From NCBI RefSeq assembly GCF_006345805.1, contig NW_021827052.1, forward strand, positions 1 through 11,369: a stretch of DNA of 11,369 nt, given 5' to 3'. The notes below the pieces were generated by a model. That model saw nothing but the letters and a program-made list of their open reading frames with translations, was not told the DNA's origin and did not search any database. Shown piece after piece: positions 9,990 to 11,369 of the stretch. Both the position numbers and the translations under genes were made by a program. The DNA comes from Octopus sinensis (Eukaryota). Each line of letters starts with the position of its first letter. Positions within the stretch are counted from its first letter, which is position 1.

Positions 9990-10125
9990 TATTATTTATT
10001 TTGGGAGGTCCCTAAATTTGAGCATATGGAGGTACGTGAGATTATGCAATAAATTGTGTAATATATTCTTCATTTTGAGAAGTCCCTAAATTTGAGCATA
10101 TTTGGGTACTTGAGATTATGTAATA
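9990..10125. repeat. Continuation of the 74/75-bp satellite (~1.8 more-diverged monomers)
   Basis: Resumes the interrupted monomer (TATTATTTATTTTGGGAGGTCCCTAAATTTGAGC). Carries variants not noticed in the main array (ATGGAGGTAC, TTGTGTAAT, TTGAGAAGTCC). Confidence 0.93.
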
Positions 10126-10525
10126 TGTCGCGACCCACGCTGGCGACCATCCCACGCTGGCGACCAGAGCGACCTTCATTGTTGACAAGATTGACAGGGT
10201 TTGACATTAACTACATAGTTTGACATTAATTACTGACTAAAGATAATTGCTAAAAATCAAAAAACTTAACATTTTTTTATCTCTATTCATAGTAACTATT
10301 TCGTAATTCGAACTAAATGTTTGTTGGGAAAGACAACTAACCATTAATCTGTATTTAGACATTATTATTTTTACTTTTCTTTCTTCATATGGGGATTCAA
10401 ATCTGTGCAGCTTCAATGACGGATTCGTCCCACAATCTTTATTATTCGTTTCTAAAAATAAATACATCGTAAATTTACCATTAAGTTCATCTTCGACAAA
10501 CGATGCCTCGTTATTTTCATCTAAA
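10126..10525 (-). mobile_element. Second, truncated copy of the same transposon (one TIR plus ~400 bp)
   Basis: Starts with the identical TIR and aligns to 8885-9275 with 6 isolated transitions and several small indels. Different flank (GTAATA|TGT). Homology stops at CATCTAAA; the other end is not in the window. Confidence 0.9.
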
Positions 10526-10544
10526 AAAAAAAAAAAAAAAAAAA
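10523..10544 (+). repeat. Poly(A) tract, 22 nt
   Basis: A22 directly at the breakpoint of transposon copy 2; the homologous site in copy 1 has only AAA (9273-9275). Confidence 0.9.
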
Positions 10545-10571
10545 TCTAAATCTTAATAATAAAATGGTATG

Positions 10572-10604
10572 GTGTGTGTCTGTCTGTCTGTCTGTCTGTG
10601 TGTG
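10572..10604 (+). repeat. Compound microsatellite (GT)3(GTCT)5(GT)n
   Basis: GTGTGT GTCTGTCTGTCTGTCTGTCT GTGTGTG; GTCT x5 at 10578-10597. Confidence 0.92.
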
Positions 10605-10626
10605 CACACCAACTTCAAATTGGCAA

Positions 10627-11369
10627 TACGATGTCCTCGACTTACATGATGAGGTCCTTAAAACCTTCCGCCAAAAAAAAATTGAAAGAACTTTTCTGCA
10701 TTTTGGTTAAAATGAACAACTACGATGTCCTCGACTTACATGATGAAGTCCTTAAAACCTTCCCCCCAAAAAAAATTAAAAAAAATTTTCTGCATTTTGG
10801 TTAAAATGAACAACTACGATGTCCTCGACTTACATGATGAAGTCCTTAAAACCTTCCCCCTAAAAAAATTAAAAAAAATTTTCTGCATTTTGGTTAAAAT
10901 GAACAACTACAATGTCCTCGACTTACATGATGAAGTCCTTAAAACCTTCCCCCCAAAAAAATTAAAAAAAATTTTCTGCATTTTGGTTAAAATGAACAAC
11001 TACGATGTCCTCGACTTACATGATGAAGTCCTTAAAACCTTCCCCCCAAAAAAATTAAAAAAAAATTTCTGCATTTTGGTTAAAATGAACAACTACGGTG
11101 TCCTCGACTTACATGATGAAGTCCTTAAAACCTTCCCCCCAAAAAAAATTAAAAAAAATTTTCTGCATTTTGGTTAAAATGAACAACTACGATGTCCTCG
11201 ACTTACATGATGAAGTCCTTAAAACCTTCCCCCCAAAAAAAATAAAAAAAAATTCTGCATTTTGGTTAAAATGAACAACTACGGGTCCTCGACTTACATG
11301 ATGAAGTCCTTAAAACCTTCCCCCCAAAAAAAATTAAAAAAAATTTTCTGCATTTTGGTTAAAATGAAC
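10627..11369. repeat. Tandem repeat, 92-94-bp unit, 8 copies (continues past the window end)
   Basis: Units start (TACGATGTCCTCGACTTACATGATGA...) at 10627, 10721, 10815, 10908, 11001, 11094, 11188, 11280. Length variation is mostly in the C and A homopolymers. Unrelated to the 75-bp satellite. Confidence 0.97.

Larger units (their letters stand above)
10545..11369 (+). mobile_element. Probable non-autonomous Helitron, 5' part with internal tandem array
   Basis: Begins A|TC (TCTAAATCTTAATAATAAAATGG; alternative start at 10551). The homologous empty site in copy 1 is A9275|T9276, the canonical Helitron A|T target. A (GTCT)n microsatellite and then a tandem array follow, an architecture known from non-autonomous Helitron/DINE-1-like elements. 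The 3' hairpin and CTRR end are not in the window. Confidence 0.55.

Noticed and set aside
10574-11177. 76-aa and 150-aa ORFs with a 31-aa repeat
   Set aside because: Translation of the microsatellite and 93-bp array; homopolymer length changes (92-94-bp units) shift the frame.

Overview
Non-coding, repeat-derived eukaryotic DNA with no intact gene. Positions 1-8884 are a ~118-copy AT-rich satellite with a 74/75-bp monomer and local higher-order structure. It is interrupted at 8885-9989 by a 1105-bp DNA transposon with perfect 26-bp TIRs (TGT...ACA) and a 5-bp TATTA target-site duplication. On the minus strand this element carries a decayed retroviral-integrase-type (DDE, Ginger2/TDD-like) transposase that can be reassembled by removing 24-27-nt GT-AG mini-introns; its TAA/TAG stops sit where Gln is expected. 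About two more satellite monomers follow (9990-10125), then a second, diverged copy of the transposon end (10126-10525). That copy is cut by an A22 tract and a probable non-autonomous Helitron 5' end (TC start, (GTCT)n, ~93-bp tandem array running off the window). The ORFs in the supplied track are translations of repeats or of transposon remnants. Host identity cannot be determined from this window.
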